Translations under genes and position numbers: made by a program
The notes under the pieces: model-generated
The model's input: the letters and a program-made list of their open reading frames with translations, nothing else
Told to the model about the DNA's origin: nothing
Databases searched by the model: none
Shown: positions 37,998 to 52,794 of the stretch, piece after piece
Position numbering within the stretch: the stretch's first letter is position 1
Layout of the letters: the number at the start of each line of letters is the position of its first letter
Assembly: GCA_036172245.1 (NCBI GenBank)
Contig: JAYWIR010000016.1
Location: 868,001-932,000 of the forward strand
DNA length: 64,000 bases
Source: Raillietiella orientalis
Taxonomy: Eukaryota
Reading direction: 5' to 3'

Positions 37998-40590
37998 TTA
38001 CATTGATGTGAATATAATTCTGTTTTGATACTTCAAAACGTCGTGAATTGAAATTTCAGCTGTTGGTGCATGAATCGTCTGGAAATGGAAAATCACATCT
38101 CCGGAAAGAGAGTCTAAGTAAACATCTCGCTTACTTACCAAATTTTTGCAGCCAAAAAGTTGGCTATTTGTGTCAAGGAATTTGGCCATCCTTTGATTTT
38201 TTCAAGCTGTTGTAAAGCCAGTTGTCTCCTTCCTGATGAAAATATCGTGGTGTAAATTGTTCACCTACTTGTCGAGTTTTTTCCTCGGCTCTCTGACGAT
38301 CTTCAATCTATTACAGATTTGCATTTAATTCTTTTGCTTAGGTTTCATTACTCACAAATTTTTTGTGCTCGGTGGCTGTATTCACGTCATTCTCTTGGAG
38401 AGCTGAACTAACATTGAACCACAATTTTCTGGACTCATATTCACTCTGCTGCTTCAATGGGCGAACACGTTTCCGAGAACGAACCAATTTGTGAACTTCA
38501 ATCACTTTGCTATCACCCTAAATTGTATACAAGTAAACAATTGTCAAACTATTTCCCCATTACATTGCAATACATGAACTCTAATTGGGTATTCCATTGG
38601 CCTTGAACACGGCACACAAGGGCACCAGACTCAGATCTGACTTCTCCAGTCACATAATGCAATTTTCCACCATAAAATGGCTGGAGGGACTAATTAGTCC
38701 ACTATGTGATAACTATCTCACCTTTGTGTGGAATGTAACAGATGCATTGTAGCCACTCTGTGCACAAGTGATGGTTGACCTGTCCCCTAACTCTATCCAA
38801 GGACAAGAAAGCACCGAACGGGCATATAGAGATGGTAGAGCAATAACATAAGTTTCATTAGCTTTCAAAGCATGGATGGTAACTTCACCAACTAGATTTA
38901 CACCTATGGACATGGCCATGAATTTGGCTTTTGTCCATATATGAGCATTCAAGTACACTTGTGATTCAGGACACTCAGCATAGAAGGCAGAAACTATTAC
39001 AGAGTAACTATGTTGAAGCAACTATGCATTTACTTACTGGGTGGATGATGCGATATTTGTTCCCCAACATAACGTATATATCTAGGATTTGAATTTCCTG
39101 AAGAGACACGAAATGAACAATGAAACGTTTCTCCCAAAACAGGATTATATGGTTTTTTTGCTGCTTGCCCAACATGAGCTGCATGAAAAGAAGTGAGAAA
39201 CCACTCTAGCACTGCTATCATCCTGCTGCCACTGTCTACTGCTGTTCCTATCCTAAGTAACTATGAACATGATCTACTGTTGAATGCTGCAATGCCTACT
39301 GCAAGAAGTACTCTGGATGCCTTAAAGCATCTGCAAACATTTCCAGCAGAGAACGGTTCTCCAAAATGTAAGTTGGCAATACTACTTGAGTTAAATCCAT
39401 TCCCAGCTTCATATGAGAGAGCAAATGCAAATTAACCGATGTTTGTTCCTCTGTTTCTGAAGTTTGAACATAACATGATTCTTCTTCATCAGTAACTTCA
39501 TCTTCATCCTGAATAACTGGGAAAAACATCATAGGGTTTTTACAGGAATACAGATATACTTGTAGTTTTTTCTTCCAGTGGATGACTATAATGAGATTTC
39601 ATCATTGAAGGTGGTGTTAGAGAAATACCCCAACTAGTTTTGTCTCTCAGATGGTAACTGCAAGAAGCCCATCATTCTGAAACCATTCACTCTTTCCTAC
39701 TTAACTCTTGATCTTTTAACTCAGCCATTCTGGTATTAGGAAACAAATCAGAATGAATCTTCATAAACTTTCGAGATATGGAAGGGATGCGAACAGGCTT
39801 GTTTGCTGACTCTAAATCTGCATTATCAGGGAATGCAAGCTGTGATACTTGTAACACAGACAGACACTGTTCTAAGCATAAAAGCACTGCTTGTGATGTG
39901 GCCTTCATGAGTAAAATATCAGGGTCAATACACAATAGTCCAGTTCCTATATCTTTTTTCAATTTTCCATTTTCATGCATTTACATACCAGAAGAAGGAA
40001 GCTGCTCAATGGTAGCTGATAAATTTTGTTGGTGACTTCTCAGTTGTAACAAGATCTCTTGCACAGCATTAAAAGCATTTAAAACACTTAGACTAGGGTA
40101 CATTGTTTTGAAAGTAGAATGCTGACTATTTTTTGATGACAATAGAGAAACATTCTGAGAGCAATAACAAAGTAAATAATTTTTTTTTTGATTATCAAAT
40201 GCATACTTGGCTAACTTGGCAAATTGCTTGGGTATGCTCTTCAGCAGTATTTCGCAACACGGATACCCAATACTGTCTCTCTTTGGCATTAACTGCTCTG
40301 AGTCGGTATATTTCACCAGATGCAAAACTTATGGAGAATGTCTGGGAATCTTCATCGCTAGGAGATATCACTGCTCCGGCTAGATAAACAGTTGCACGTG
40401 GTTTGGGATACCTTTTTTCACCTTCAATCTGAGGATGAATCAATAATTAATTATGCATACATCTTTAGGTTAAAAATACCATATAATATTCTAAGAATCC
40501 AGTTTCTGGATTGACAACAAACCATCTATATTGCCAACCTTTTACCACATTTGTGTATTTGCTTAATTGCCCTTCCGCTATATTTTTCAT
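37998..40590 (-). CDS. OSBPL11: Oxysterol-binding protein-related protein, OSBPL10/11 (ORP9-11) subfamily; PH + ORD domains, multi-exon
   Basis: ATG at 40590. PH domain [20 protein letters not shown]...[26 protein letters not shown] motifs [66 protein letters not shown] and [10 protein letters not shown]. The 3' end is somewhat uncertain. Confidence 0.93.
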
Positions 40591-43500
40591 AGCTGCATAA
40601 TTGAAAGAGAAACTACCTATGAACTCATTTCATTTAACACTTGGTCGAACCTTAAAACGTTACTCAAGAATGTCAATATTCAGTTATTTTGCAAAAAATG
40701 TGAAGTTCAAACGTGCGAAAGAGCAAAAGATTGTAATCACCTGCACACATATTGTCACAGTATCATGGTTACGTCAATTATACAACTAAGTTCACACGTT
40801 TTTACATGCTTTAAATGAAATATATAAGGCGCACCCACGCAAACACAGATTTTTGCCAACTTTCTTGAAGACGATGTAAGTTTTCATAAACCACTTAGCT
40901 TAGGGAGATTACTTTAGTAACAAAACTACCCACTGTAGCCTGCTGGGACTCACACGCTTTCAATCTTCCCCACTATAAACACTCTGCATTCCCCTCAATA
41001 GACGAAAAAAAAAAAAAACAGTCGTTTTCATATTACATGCACGAACATGAATATGCACATAATTGCATCTGCTGTTTTCTGATGAATGCGTGTGTTTACT
41101 ATTCATTTGAACCTGTTCCTTGTTTACAAGTGATTAAAATCTGATTTTCATTCTGTGCAAACAGGAAGGCAAAAAAAAAACCTATGCATGTCACCAACGG
41201 CAAAACAAAACATCTTATGTAAACTTCAGTAACTGGTTGCCTACATTGGAACCACACATGAAGATGGTGGTGAGCAGTGGCAATGCCCGCTGCTATGTTG
41301 CTCGATGACGGCTCCCTGTACGGTTATACTGCTCGGCTAATTCGATGCCAAAGTTCGTTTTATCTCTCTGTTGCATTCAGCATGACAAATAGCCCTGGAA
41401 TATACTCAGGGAATGCAGAAACATACCACAGAGGTTAATCAGGCCCAAGCCTCGTCCACAGAAGACTAGAAACTTTTTGAAAGATCAACAATCGATGCTC
41501 TGGATGGTAGATTTTTAAGAAGACTGGAAAAGTGGCACACCTTTTAAGACACCGTAGTGTTGTAAACAACCAATCAGTTTGTTTGGTGGCAGATTAACAG
41601 TTCTAAGATTGTACACCAATTTGTCTAAAATTTCCTCATCGATGTTTTCGAAGCTCTCCCATAGATTTGAAGTGGAAAAAGTCAAGGCTAAATAAGTGTA
41701 ACTCGAATTTAAAATTTTAATCCGTATTCAAAAACGCTGTCTCAGGAACGTTGCAAGTGTGATTATTTTGATTCTGTAGTCCTGTTTCAACAACTACCCC
41801 AGCAAAAACTTAATTAAGCAGTTGCTATCCCACCTAGGAATCATAGCGCTTAATCCTTGACCTCATCATCACTGAGGTCAGTTGCGATCATTCTTACTTC
41901 AAGCATGCCTACAAAAAAAGCTCTGAATGAGGAGGGTACTTCAATGCTGAGAAAAAATCGTCTTACGCCAGCATACAAGACTACTCCCTTAAGTTCTAGG
42001 AGAGGTTTATAGTTCACTCACATTCCTATCTTTCATATTCCCAAGTTCATTCATTTCAATCCTGTATCTAAATGAACAGCTGTCAAATTCACCACCATCT
42101 CGATTTTTAGTAGTGCTTCATTTAATTTATTGATTTACTCTTCGTAAATCTATTTATTGCAGTCTCACCTTCGACAGGAACGCTACATTCGCTTGTCTCG
42201 CTTGAGCCATGGGATCTAATCAAAGAATCATTTTATATCAAGTGCTCATGTTTATTTAGTATCCACGAAGTCTCACGGAAAGAGTGTGTTTGGTTCTACG
42301 CACAGACGACGAAAAACAGGAAGCGTTCCGATTTGTGAATCGAATGCAAGCGATGGACAGCATTAGAACGAAAAACGAATACTCGACCCTGTTTTAGAAT
42401 TTACAGTCAAGCAAATCGTGGTGAAGGGATCCTGATGAGCTTCGGAATTTCACTACAAGCCAGAAAAGCTCAATTGTTAACAATTTCTTCGATTCAGTTT
42501 TCTATATGCAGTGGGGTGAAAAGTCTACATTTATGAAAAAATGTTTGTGACATCCGATAATTACGGTAGGTTCTGTTTCTTCACATTCTGAGCACAATTA
42601 ACATGAATATGACAGAATTAATTCCGGTTTAAATTCCAAATTCGATTTCATACTGTTAAAAATACTAACCAGACCAAGCAAGCAACAGATTCTAGCCCCA
42701 TTTTGAAAATAGGACTTGGATTAAGCGAATGTTTTAAAACACCAATATCTTGATTTGTCACTGAGAAGGTTTCAAACATTTCAAACATTTTGGATAAACA
42801 ATCCTCTAGAAGTTTGCCTTGCCGATTGATAGCTACTAAAGTGAATTGCATGCTAAAGTGATAGGTAGAGTTCCGAAATGGGGGACACAATTGAAGATGT
42901 TTGCAAATTAAGAATACTGAGAAAATATCTATGCCTAAAGTTTATTAGATATTATAATTAATTAGTCTAAATTTATCTGATGCGGATTTTTGAATTAGAA
43001 AAGGTGAACAAACCTTTGTATGTTTGTATTCCGAAAATCTGGACGTAATGGTTTGTTCTAGTTATTAGCACTTGCCAACTTTTTCGAAAATAAGATTTTT
43101 GTTTGTATATCTATGAGCTGGATAGTTTTTATGAGGGGAGAGATTAAACGAATGTTTTGAAATGTAATTGAAGATAAAATCGTTCCTTTGTATGTCGCAA
43201 CTGGATTGTTTGTATAGATATCAACTTTGATTAAATTTTTGTAAACACGCAGCAGTTTAGATTTTTTCGAATGAAATAATATCGGTTTGGAGGGAGTAAA
43301 ATATATCAGATGAGGTTTTCATAGAGGTTACATTCAATGAACTGCTAAAGATTATCGATGAATCCACTGTAAGAGATATCGTACACGTGCAAACAAGTAC
43401 ATTCAAATAGTATAAAATACGTACTACATTTTTTCTATCCGCAAATTTTTGTTTTCAAATTTTTGTTAAAGTGTTTTGTTTATTTCTTAGTTGACACGAG

Positions 43501-45186
43501 TGTTTTCAGGCGTTGCATGACTCCGTTCAATACTCGAAGGCTATTAATTGCAATTAAAATCTAATCATTGTAATTTCGAGAAAGCACTATCCAGTGGTTG
43601 TACCACAAATGTTTTCATAAAGCTGCTTTGCATTAAGATGGCTTTCTTTTTAGATTAAACAATCACATCGTTCATAACCTGTTGTTCTTCGAACGAAATT
43701 TTTGGGAACAACTGAATCTTTTTCGCGAGGATACTTGATTTCCTAGAGAGTGCTCAAGTTTGGACAAATCCACGAAAGAATGCAAAACTCTATTCTGGCA
43801 ACTCTAAAATGCTGCAGGAGGAAGCAGTGAAGAGTGCATTTCGTGCACGGCGTAAACCCACAGGTTCGCAGATGGCATTGACCACGTATTGTAGAAGTGT
43901 GTTGTGACTTTGTGCGGACTTTTATACATGACTGCGAAACCCAAATCGTCTTTAAGTCCTACGATTTCACTTAAATACCAGACTGAAAATGAATATTTGC
44001 AAGTCTGCATACAAGACAATGGTAAATCCAATTCTAGACTACTTTGAAATTGTCCGTCTTTAATACTGTGGATCGTAGCCCATAAGTAGAGTTAATTCAC
44101 CAAACATTTTACTGAGAGATTTTTAGATAGACAGTGACAAGTGCAATATCATCATGTAAGCGAGTGTATACCCGATAGAAGTTAAGAATGGATTTTCTAG
44201 TTGAAAATCACTATTTATGAAATGATAATGAAGTAACAATTCGGCTTGGCTGTAGTAACGTTTATGATGTCGTATCCAAAATCTAGGAGATGCAAAACTA
44301 TGTAAAAGAACTTGAGAGTAGAACAGGCTAAGTAGATGGAAATGATTTTCCTTTAAGTTTCTCGTTCATTTGATTTTAGATTGCGTTAAATTAGGCTCCA
44401 AGACTGAAGCGGATGCATGCAATTTCAGCACAGTTTGTGAGAGGTCTGCTGTTGCATATATACACTGCGGAAATACACACAGATTTCACTTTATCTGTCG
44501 AAAAGCTGTAAAAAATTTCGTGATCTGGTTAAATACTGTGCTTGTGTTGTTACCAGGTTACCTCATAAGGATGAAACCGTAAAGGTTATTGTAAATCCGT
44601 TTGAGATGTCAGGTTAACTCGAACCTATTTTTGAGAATTATTCGAGAATGTAAAGAAGCTTATACGATGTTTATCGGAGAAAAGATAAAATTTTGGTCTT
44701 CAGAATTATAGATTTGGTATGCCAGGTTGATTATGCTCATGTCATGTTAAGATTCTTTTGGAAGCACAAGGAAATGGTGATTGCTGTTAATGATCAGCGT
44801 ATCAATTCGTATCGGTATCAGTATTTGATCAGTATTATTTACCACATGTGCAGTCATAACACTATCTCACGATGTTATTTCAAATTACAGACAAGGTATT
44901 GGTTGTACTCTTTAATTTTAGCCATCGTGTTTCCATTTCTTTCGATTTGATTCTTTTTGTTTCTTTTGGCAAGTAGGATTTCATGTTTTTTAAGTTCCCA
45001 TGTTTCTATGTGGTTGTGCTGCCCAAGTCGAATTTTTGTTGCCCTTTGTTAGTAATTGTGTTATGAAAGGAAACTATCAGTGGTTATGGTTGACTGACTT
45101 CTAGTTTCAGTGTGCAAACAAATTAAAGCTATTCATATGTAGGTGAGTCCACTCAAGCCTTTCAGAATAATTGTAATTCTTAAAAC

Positions 45187-48100
45187 ATGGAACACCAGAT
45201 TGGTAATAAATTAATTAATCTTTCAGATTTGTTTACAAATTCAGTTTCCTTTAGCTTTGTTTCACTGGAATACTATAAAAGTATGTGCACAGTGTTTGGT
45301 TTGCTAATGTGAAAGAATCATGAGTAGAGAAGATAATTCACAAATGTAGACACTTGAAAAATCTGAATAACCCAGAATTGCATGTTTTGGTCTGGGGGGC
45401 TTTTGATGATTTTTAATGGAAGGTATCTTATGTGAAATGCATTTCTCATATGTACATAGCCTTTTAAGTTTGAAAAGTTCCTTGTTCCTTTGAAAAGCTT
45501 TAGCTAAATAACCAAAAAATTCCAATAAGTCAGTCTCAAGGGTACATGTCTTTTGCATGTTTTTATTTTAAAAATGATGTGAAACTCGTATTTAAGTGAT
45601 CTTTTGATTCATTAAGGAAAATTTTTTTGTTATTCAACTATGTATATGTGCAAGCATAAAATGTTACTTTGCTTAGGATACCACCACTGATTTATTCTGC
45701 ATTGTTAATGTTTGTGTTTTATAATAATAACAACTCTATAATTTTGTTGTAGAAAATGAAGACAAAAAAGTTGCAACATGCATCGAGGAGAAGGCAGCAT
45801 GCAGTATCAAAAAAGACACAGATCAGTGCAAGAGCATGGAAACAGAGTAATAATTTTAATTCCAAAATTTGCATTCTTGATATCACATTTGTATAGTATT
45901 GTAATTTCTATTTATTTATGTCCATTTCATTGAAAAAAACTGTAATTTAATTTATTTACATGGATTTTTTTTTTTAAGTGTGAGGATTTTTAATAACCTT
46001 TGGTTAAAAGGTGAAGCATGTTTTTTTTTTGATTTTTTTTTTTCTTTCATTTCCATTGTGATTCAAATATTTGCTTTTTAGAGAAGTTAGTGAAATTTTT
46101 TTTCGGTGTTGAAAATGAAAGTTAAATTTATTGTTGCGTCTTGCAGTTTCACACCTTTTTTTCATTCACATTTTAATGTTTTCCTGTGTATAATGTGATT
46201 GTAATTTTGCACAATACCGATTCTTGTCTACAAACATCAATTTGTGCTTTATTTCATAAAAAAAGGAAAAGTAGCAAATTTGAAATTATCTGTGTACATG
46301 ATGATTGTATGCATGCAAAACTGTATGTGTGAATCAGAAAAGTGCTTTTGAAATTTGACATACATCGACAAAGATGACAGTTTGTTACATTAATATATTG
46401 CTGTCTGCACTTTTTCCTCATTTTTTTGCTTTTTGTTACAGATCTCCAAGTTTAGACTCCAGAAGTGTGCCAGAATCCACTGAGATATGGAAAGGTTATG
46501 TTAGTGAAGTGAAGAGCAAATTCTCTAAAAGAATAGAATCCAATATGGAGAATTTTACTCTTAGGAAGAATGCATTTTTAGCTGCTGCTAAAAGTAAAGA
46601 CCTCAGAAAACTATTTATTCAAGACACAAAAGATAGCATGAATAGTGCAGAACCAATGGAACATGTTAAACCTTCCTTAAAAAGTGAAGTTAACATCACT
46701 GAAGAAAGCAAGATTTTGGAAACTATAGGGAAAAAACAAGAGGCCATTCTGCAAGAAGCGGATAACATTAAATCTGATGCACAATTAAATTCTGAAGTGA
46801 AATCTTTCCAACCAGAAGTTGAAATGGCTGAAACAGCTGAAACGTTTTTGGAGCTTTCAACCAAACAGTTTCCCCAGCAACATCATGGATCTACTTCTTG
46901 GCCCAATTGGCAAGAAGTTGCATTTTGTGCTTCTGTTCTGTGTATTGGTGCTGCTATTTTGCTTAATTCTTTATTCACCAATTGTTTTTCATTTATCAGT
47001 GGAATGGTTACTATGTTAATCATTTTCTTTGCATTTAAAGTGAAACAATTCTTCAGTTCAGGAGTAACAAGTGAAAGAAAGAAGTTTCCGGTTTCATTAA
47101 CAAATGTACAGTTGAGTCAGACTCATTGGCAGACTGGTGTTCATTTATCCAAATTGGATGTACCTCTTTTAGAAGTAAGTTTTTGTTTGGTGATCATGCA
47201 TAAGAGGTGCACTTTAATGAATAAACAGTAGTTTATAAATTAAAGTTCAGTGATTCGAGTATAAAGGTTTTATATTAATGAATTCATGATTTGCTTTTCT
47301 TTAGGGATGGATGCTGGAAATGAAAGGTGAATACACTGAGCAATCTTATCATGAGAGTATTTTGTCTGTGGTATATGTACATTTATCTGGAAATTGGCTT
47401 CGTATCTTTTACTCAAAAAATACTATCCCCAAAAAGGCTCGTTGGAATGAGTCTAATTTGGCAGATACTGTAGAATGGAATTCATACAAAATGTTAAATC
47501 TGTCAGGTTGTGTAGTAAAATTATTGCCAAAGAATTTGAGTATCAACAGGTGAGTTGAAGGATTCTGATAAATTTCTTGTTAGTGGGAATGGAGTGGTGA
47601 ATGTATGCTTTTTCGTTTCTTTCACATATTTTCTAAGCTGATTGTGCTCAGCATGAAAGTGTAAACTTTGTTATTATGGTCACAAAATCATGTCTGCTTA
47701 TGTAGACAAGATTTATTGTCAGGTGCATTGTCCTGAAGATGTTATTTGTTTTAGGTTATGGAAAAAGAAGTACCCTATTGTAATCTATTTGAATGAAAAA
47801 GCTGCTAGTTGTTATTATGCTAAAAAGAAAGCTAAATCCCGTGATAAAACTGTTGACAGTTTCAGTATTCCCTTGAAATCCAGACAGTCACATTCAGTTT
47901 CATTACCAAATATTCTGTCCAGTGCATCTGATTCAGAAAAGTTCTTATTTGATAATGAGGAATCAGATTCTGTGGTTGTCTCAGAAGACATGATAGTTGA
48001 GGATCCTGTGTACTTATTTGCTAGATGTGATCGTGATAAGGAAGAGTGGTAGTGACCAAGAATAAGGGGGCATACTTGTATCGCTAGCATAGGTTTCATC

Positions 48101-49625
48101 ATTTATTTTATGCTACACGGATCATCTCCCAAACATCTGTTGAGTGCTCAACACCACCCAGTTGTGGCACTGATAATGTGCCAAACCAAAAGCATGGTTC
48201 AGCAGCAGATCGATGCAGTGATTCATTCTGGTATAACCCAGAGGATGAAACACTGTTTGCTTCTTATTTGCAATGCATGACATTGAAGGTGATTTACAAC
48301 CTCCAAAATATTGTTTTTGTAATTATTAATAGGAAGAGGCTATAGATACTGTCCAGATGTCAAAGGATGGTTCCAAGTTTACTGCCAGCAAAATTCCAGT
48401 CCATCAAGTAACAGAGATCGTGTGGATTAACGTCTTTCTTAGCAGAATATTCTTTGATTTTTTGAGAGAGAAACTGTGGGTTGAGCGAGTTAAACAGAGT
48501 CTTCAGGCCAGGTTATCCAAGTTGAAGGTGAAAATTTTGGTGCCAATGCCCCCATTTGCCTGATCTGCCCACTGGTAGCTTCCTTTTTTTCTCGAGAATC
48601 TGATGATAGAGAAAGTGAGTTTGGGTGGCAATATGCCCACTATCAACAAGGTCATGTCTCATTGTGTCAATCGACGAGGATTCTGGTTATATCTTGATAT
48701 TAGCTATAATGGAGGAGCAGGGTAGGTAAAAATAGGCAAAGTAAAGTACGATCTAACATATATTGATAGAATGTCTCTATACACAAAAATCAACTTATGT
48801 AAATTAGTTGAAGAAGAAACAGCAGAAGAAGCACTGAAAGAGGAAGAAATTGATGAAAGAGCTTCGAATTATTCAATGGATAAATCAGCTTCATCACCTT
48901 TGCCTGAATTAACCAGTTTTGATAGCAATGCAGATGAGTAGACTTTGATATTATAAATGAATATAGACTTGACTCTTATTTTAGAGATGAGAACAGCCTA
49001 TCAAGTGACAGTGATGAAAATACTGTATCTTCGGATCCTATAGAAGATTCAGTACTTCAGCAAGGGTAAGTTCCATGTGATATGCATTCATATATTGCTT
49101 TCATATAGTTCTCCATCAATTGGAAAAAAGGCCTGGCATTTCATGGGACAAATTGCACAATCTGCATATTTTAAGAGAGCAGCCAACACATCATTTATTA
49201 AGAAGCACATGGAGCAAGTATCACGAACACCTCTTTGTTTGAGTGTTAAGCTGGAACAGTTGCATGGCCAGCTAGTATTGAATATTCCTCCTCCTCCATC
49301 CGATCGTATCTGGTATGAATTAGCATCAGATAAACACGCTTTTCGGGTAACTCATTTTTACTATCAGGTTAGGTTTTACTAAACCACCTCGATGGTGGCT
49401 TAAGGTGAAGCCAAAAGTAGGAGAAAGAAATATTAGGAATGAAAGAGTGATCAGTATAATTGAACGGAAATTGAAATTGGAATTTGAGGTAAATAGCATT
49501 CTCTGCCATCATGGTAATCATGAAATTTTTTTCTGTTGCAGAAAACAACTACATTTCCCAACATGGTTGATGTGCATGTACCCTTATTATCAGGATTTTG
49601 TAGAGATATTCTTTTTAGTCTTTAG
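45187..49625 (+). CDS. TEX2: TEX2/Nvj2-like ER contact-site lipid-transfer protein (TM hairpin, PH-like, SMP domain), multi-exon
   Basis: Hydrophobic hairpin at ~46900-47040. Motifs GWMLE...VYVHLSGNWLRI, LWKKKYPI, YLFARCDRDKEEW; SMP motifs WINVFLSRIFFDFLREKLW...LSKLKLPFFL, LVLNIPPPPSDRIW, PKVGER and FPNMVD. Stop TAG at 49623-49625. The start (45187) and exon 45753-45847 are tentative. Confidence 0.9.
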
Positions 49626-51606
49626 TTGACCTCAAGTGCAATTAATTGATCTTTGGAGGGTAAAATGACTTTCATGTGCCAATGCCTTCATCAGTACTTC
49701 CTGAAAGATTTAATTTGTTGAAGTTTTGCACTATAAGTAAAGGATTTTATTTCACTCATTAAAATTCATGATTATTCGCGTATTATACTTTCATATATAA
49801 ATGTAATGTAAAGAGTTGACAGTTTCACATTATTTAAAACAATTAAAGTGATGACAATTCTTAACAAATACTATTTTTTGAAAGTTTTGAGAGTATTTTG
49901 TAATCTTGGAATTTCGATATGATTGTAAAGGAAACGAAATATTGAATAGTGTATTGATTGCAATAAATTAGAAAACTGACTGTGGTCACAATTTTGAAAA
50001 GGGGTTAACAAAGTAGAGTACCGAAGTGCACTGAAGATGCTTTCATAAGAATTGTATAGTTCTAATATTAATGTATGTACAGTGATTTTGAAAATTTATT
50101 TTATCACAAAATGTATTTACCAGGAAAAGCTTTGATTCAGTCAATCTGTCATTTATCAGGGCAATCTAAATCTACATGTTTTCAGCAAATCCCAGGATAT
50201 TTGCAAATGAATTACTTAACTGTCACATCTTTAGTGGACTCTATTTGAAAACTTGATGACATTCAAAGATTTAAATAAAGCTGATAGAAATTTGTGTTAG
50301 CTTTTCTCAATTTGATCCAAATCTGTGCGTAAATAAAAGTTCGAAACATGGCAGAATCTTTTTTTGTTCTTGTATAGCTTTATATGCAGCATAACTTGGC
50401 TAGAGAGGTTTCTTCTGATACGAAGACGTCTGTGCATACATTCTGAACAAAATAGCATAGTGACTATGCACAAAATTTCATGTTTTCAGCAAGTATCTAA
50501 ATAAAGGTTGTAAAGAAGTTGCGATATAAAAAAATTTTCAATCTGAAAAAGAAAATAATAGTCCATGTCTTTTCTTTTGAAAATAAGTGAGCGAGAATAA
50601 TGTAAGAATGCTGATTTGGCAGGATTTTGCATCTAGCAAAATTCGAGCAAAGAGAAAGGGATTGTTATTTAGCGTTGATTGTACCTCTGCATGTTTGTTT
50701 CAAACACTGAAATTTATAAGCATGCAGAAACAGCCCTTGAGGAATGCAGAGCTGTTAGATTTACCTTCCTCATCACTTGTTAATCATGCTTGTTAAATAA
50801 GGACAAATATTCTAACGTGTTTTAAAAATGCAAATGAAGATTGTCTCCAGGATGGTCACCCCAAAAATTGTCAGCACTATTGGATACCAGTGCTTACGAA
50901 TCTAAAACACACAATTGCATTTCCAAAGTGTTCTGTTTTGAACCAAGTTCCGTATTTCCATCGTATATGTTCATCTTTCTAATACTTTTTTCATACTTAC
51001 TCCGGAAAGTATTGTTTCCCGTATTGCATTGGAAAGTTATTGCATAACAGTTTCTGTATGCAGCATAAAGTCATATGGAAATAAAAGTATGTGAGACAGT
51101 CCCCTTTTTCAGAGATTGTGTGCAAAATGATTATTTTGGAGTAGTGGTCTGGGACCTGGCAATGTAGGTTAGTGATCTAAGTTTCCCATATCTGATCAAG
51201 TCTTTGGATACACTCTGATTTTTTTCTATACCTCAAAGAGTTCTAGGAAACTTGGAACATCAAACTGCATCAACACTTTTCAGATTACAAATGTATGTGT
51301 GGAATAGTATTGAGCTCAGAAGAAAATAAAATTAGTTTATCGAACTTATCTTAATTTATCTAATTTAATTCAGGAATCACTGATCATATGGAATAATTCA
51401 TCAAAGATAGTTCTTAAAAAGGGAAAATGCAGTTATTTTTACTTTCAATACTCTTTTTATTACAATTCAGAAGGATTTTGAGATTTTGATGGATCATAAC
51501 CGGATCTTTCGAAACTTTCCTTACTATTTCAGCAGTACTACTTCTGTTTAGTAAATGGATGTTAAATTGTACACTTTTTCAATTTCATTAATTTCTGAAC
51601 ATTACC

Positions 51607-52794
51607 TTAGGTTTTTGATTCGCTGGATGAAACTTTTGGAATTTCTTCTGATGATGCAACAGAATTATTTCTGAAAGCAGGAAATACTTCCCATGGTGTC
51701 TTAAGATCAAATTTACGAAATTCTTGTGTCATTTCAAGTGGTTCTACAACCACTCGTTTAAGTTCATCATCATATCTCACCTTTGATTAAAATATTCTAA
51801 TTGTTAAACACTTATTTGTTCTAACCTCTACATAGCCAGTCAGTGGAAAGTCTTTACGAAATGGATGACCTTCAAATCCATAATCTGTGAGTATTCTCCG
51901 AAGATCAGGATGATTACTGAAGAACACGCCAAACATATCCCAGATTTCACGTTCATACCAATTGGCTGCTTGGAATACTTCACATGCAGAATCAATAGGT
52001 GTTAATTCATCAGTATAAGTTTTCACTCTGATACGAGAATTGTATCGTAATGAAAGCAAATTGTAGACAATCTGCAAAAATAGTTTAATCCACAGAGTCT
52101 AAAAACTTGGTTATACCTCAAAACGACATTCTCTACTCGGTACATCTACACCTGCAATATCAGCTAAACTAAGAAACTGAGCATTATGATGATGTTTCAA
52201 AAAAGATAATGTAGGGACTACTCCATCAGGAACAATTAGAATTTCAAGTTCATCACCAAAAGCTATCTGGACCTTCTGGACAAATTTTGGTAAACAATTC
52301 GAAACATAAATCCCAAAATCACTTAGTTGCTTTTGCTTTTGTAAATCATATTCTCTAATGGTTGATGCTGCTGCTAAAACAAAACATAAAACTATTACAT
52401 ACATGCAATGACCAAAATATTCAACTTACAAGCACTGGGTTTGCTGGCTGAAACATTATTTTTAGCAGCTTCTGTATTTACGTTTCTGCATTCTTTAAAA
52501 CAAAACAATGTTATTCTCATAACTAATGTTATGGTTCTCTATAAATTTTTATTAGCTTCCAGGGTGTCCCCAAATAATGAATGCATGCAAAAACTATGTA
52601 TTCTTGAAATTTTTTAAATACTTCATTCACACAAGATTTTGATGCTTAACTTCAAAATTACAATGGGCTAGCACCACATACGTACCAGTTACTTTACAGC
52701 CATGAATTCGATCATCAGCAATCTTCCCCACATCCAAAAATTTAGATGTCACTTTGGCATTAGAAATAAATCTTAGGCTTCTTCTTACTAACAT
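51607..52794 (-). CDS. NDUFS3: NADH:ubiquinone oxidoreductase core subunit S3 (30 kDa; nuo-2), 5 exons
   Basis: N-terminal transit-like MLVRRSLRF. Motifs [75 protein letters not shown] and [13 protein letters not shown]. Stop TAA at 51609-51607. Confidence 0.97.

Noticed and set aside
41250..45000. Exon-like fragments on the + strand, including a ...LQVCIQDNG stretch resembling a GHKL ATPase motif
   Set aside because: They could not be chained into a phase-consistent, stop-free model, and other GHKL motifs are absent.
11864..49625. A functional lipid/sterol gene cluster (DHCR24, OSBPL11, TEX2, carnitine carrier)
   Set aside because: The genes are on different strands and separated by many kb and transposon debris. 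There is no operon-like spacing or shared motif, so chance is sufficient without synteny evidence.
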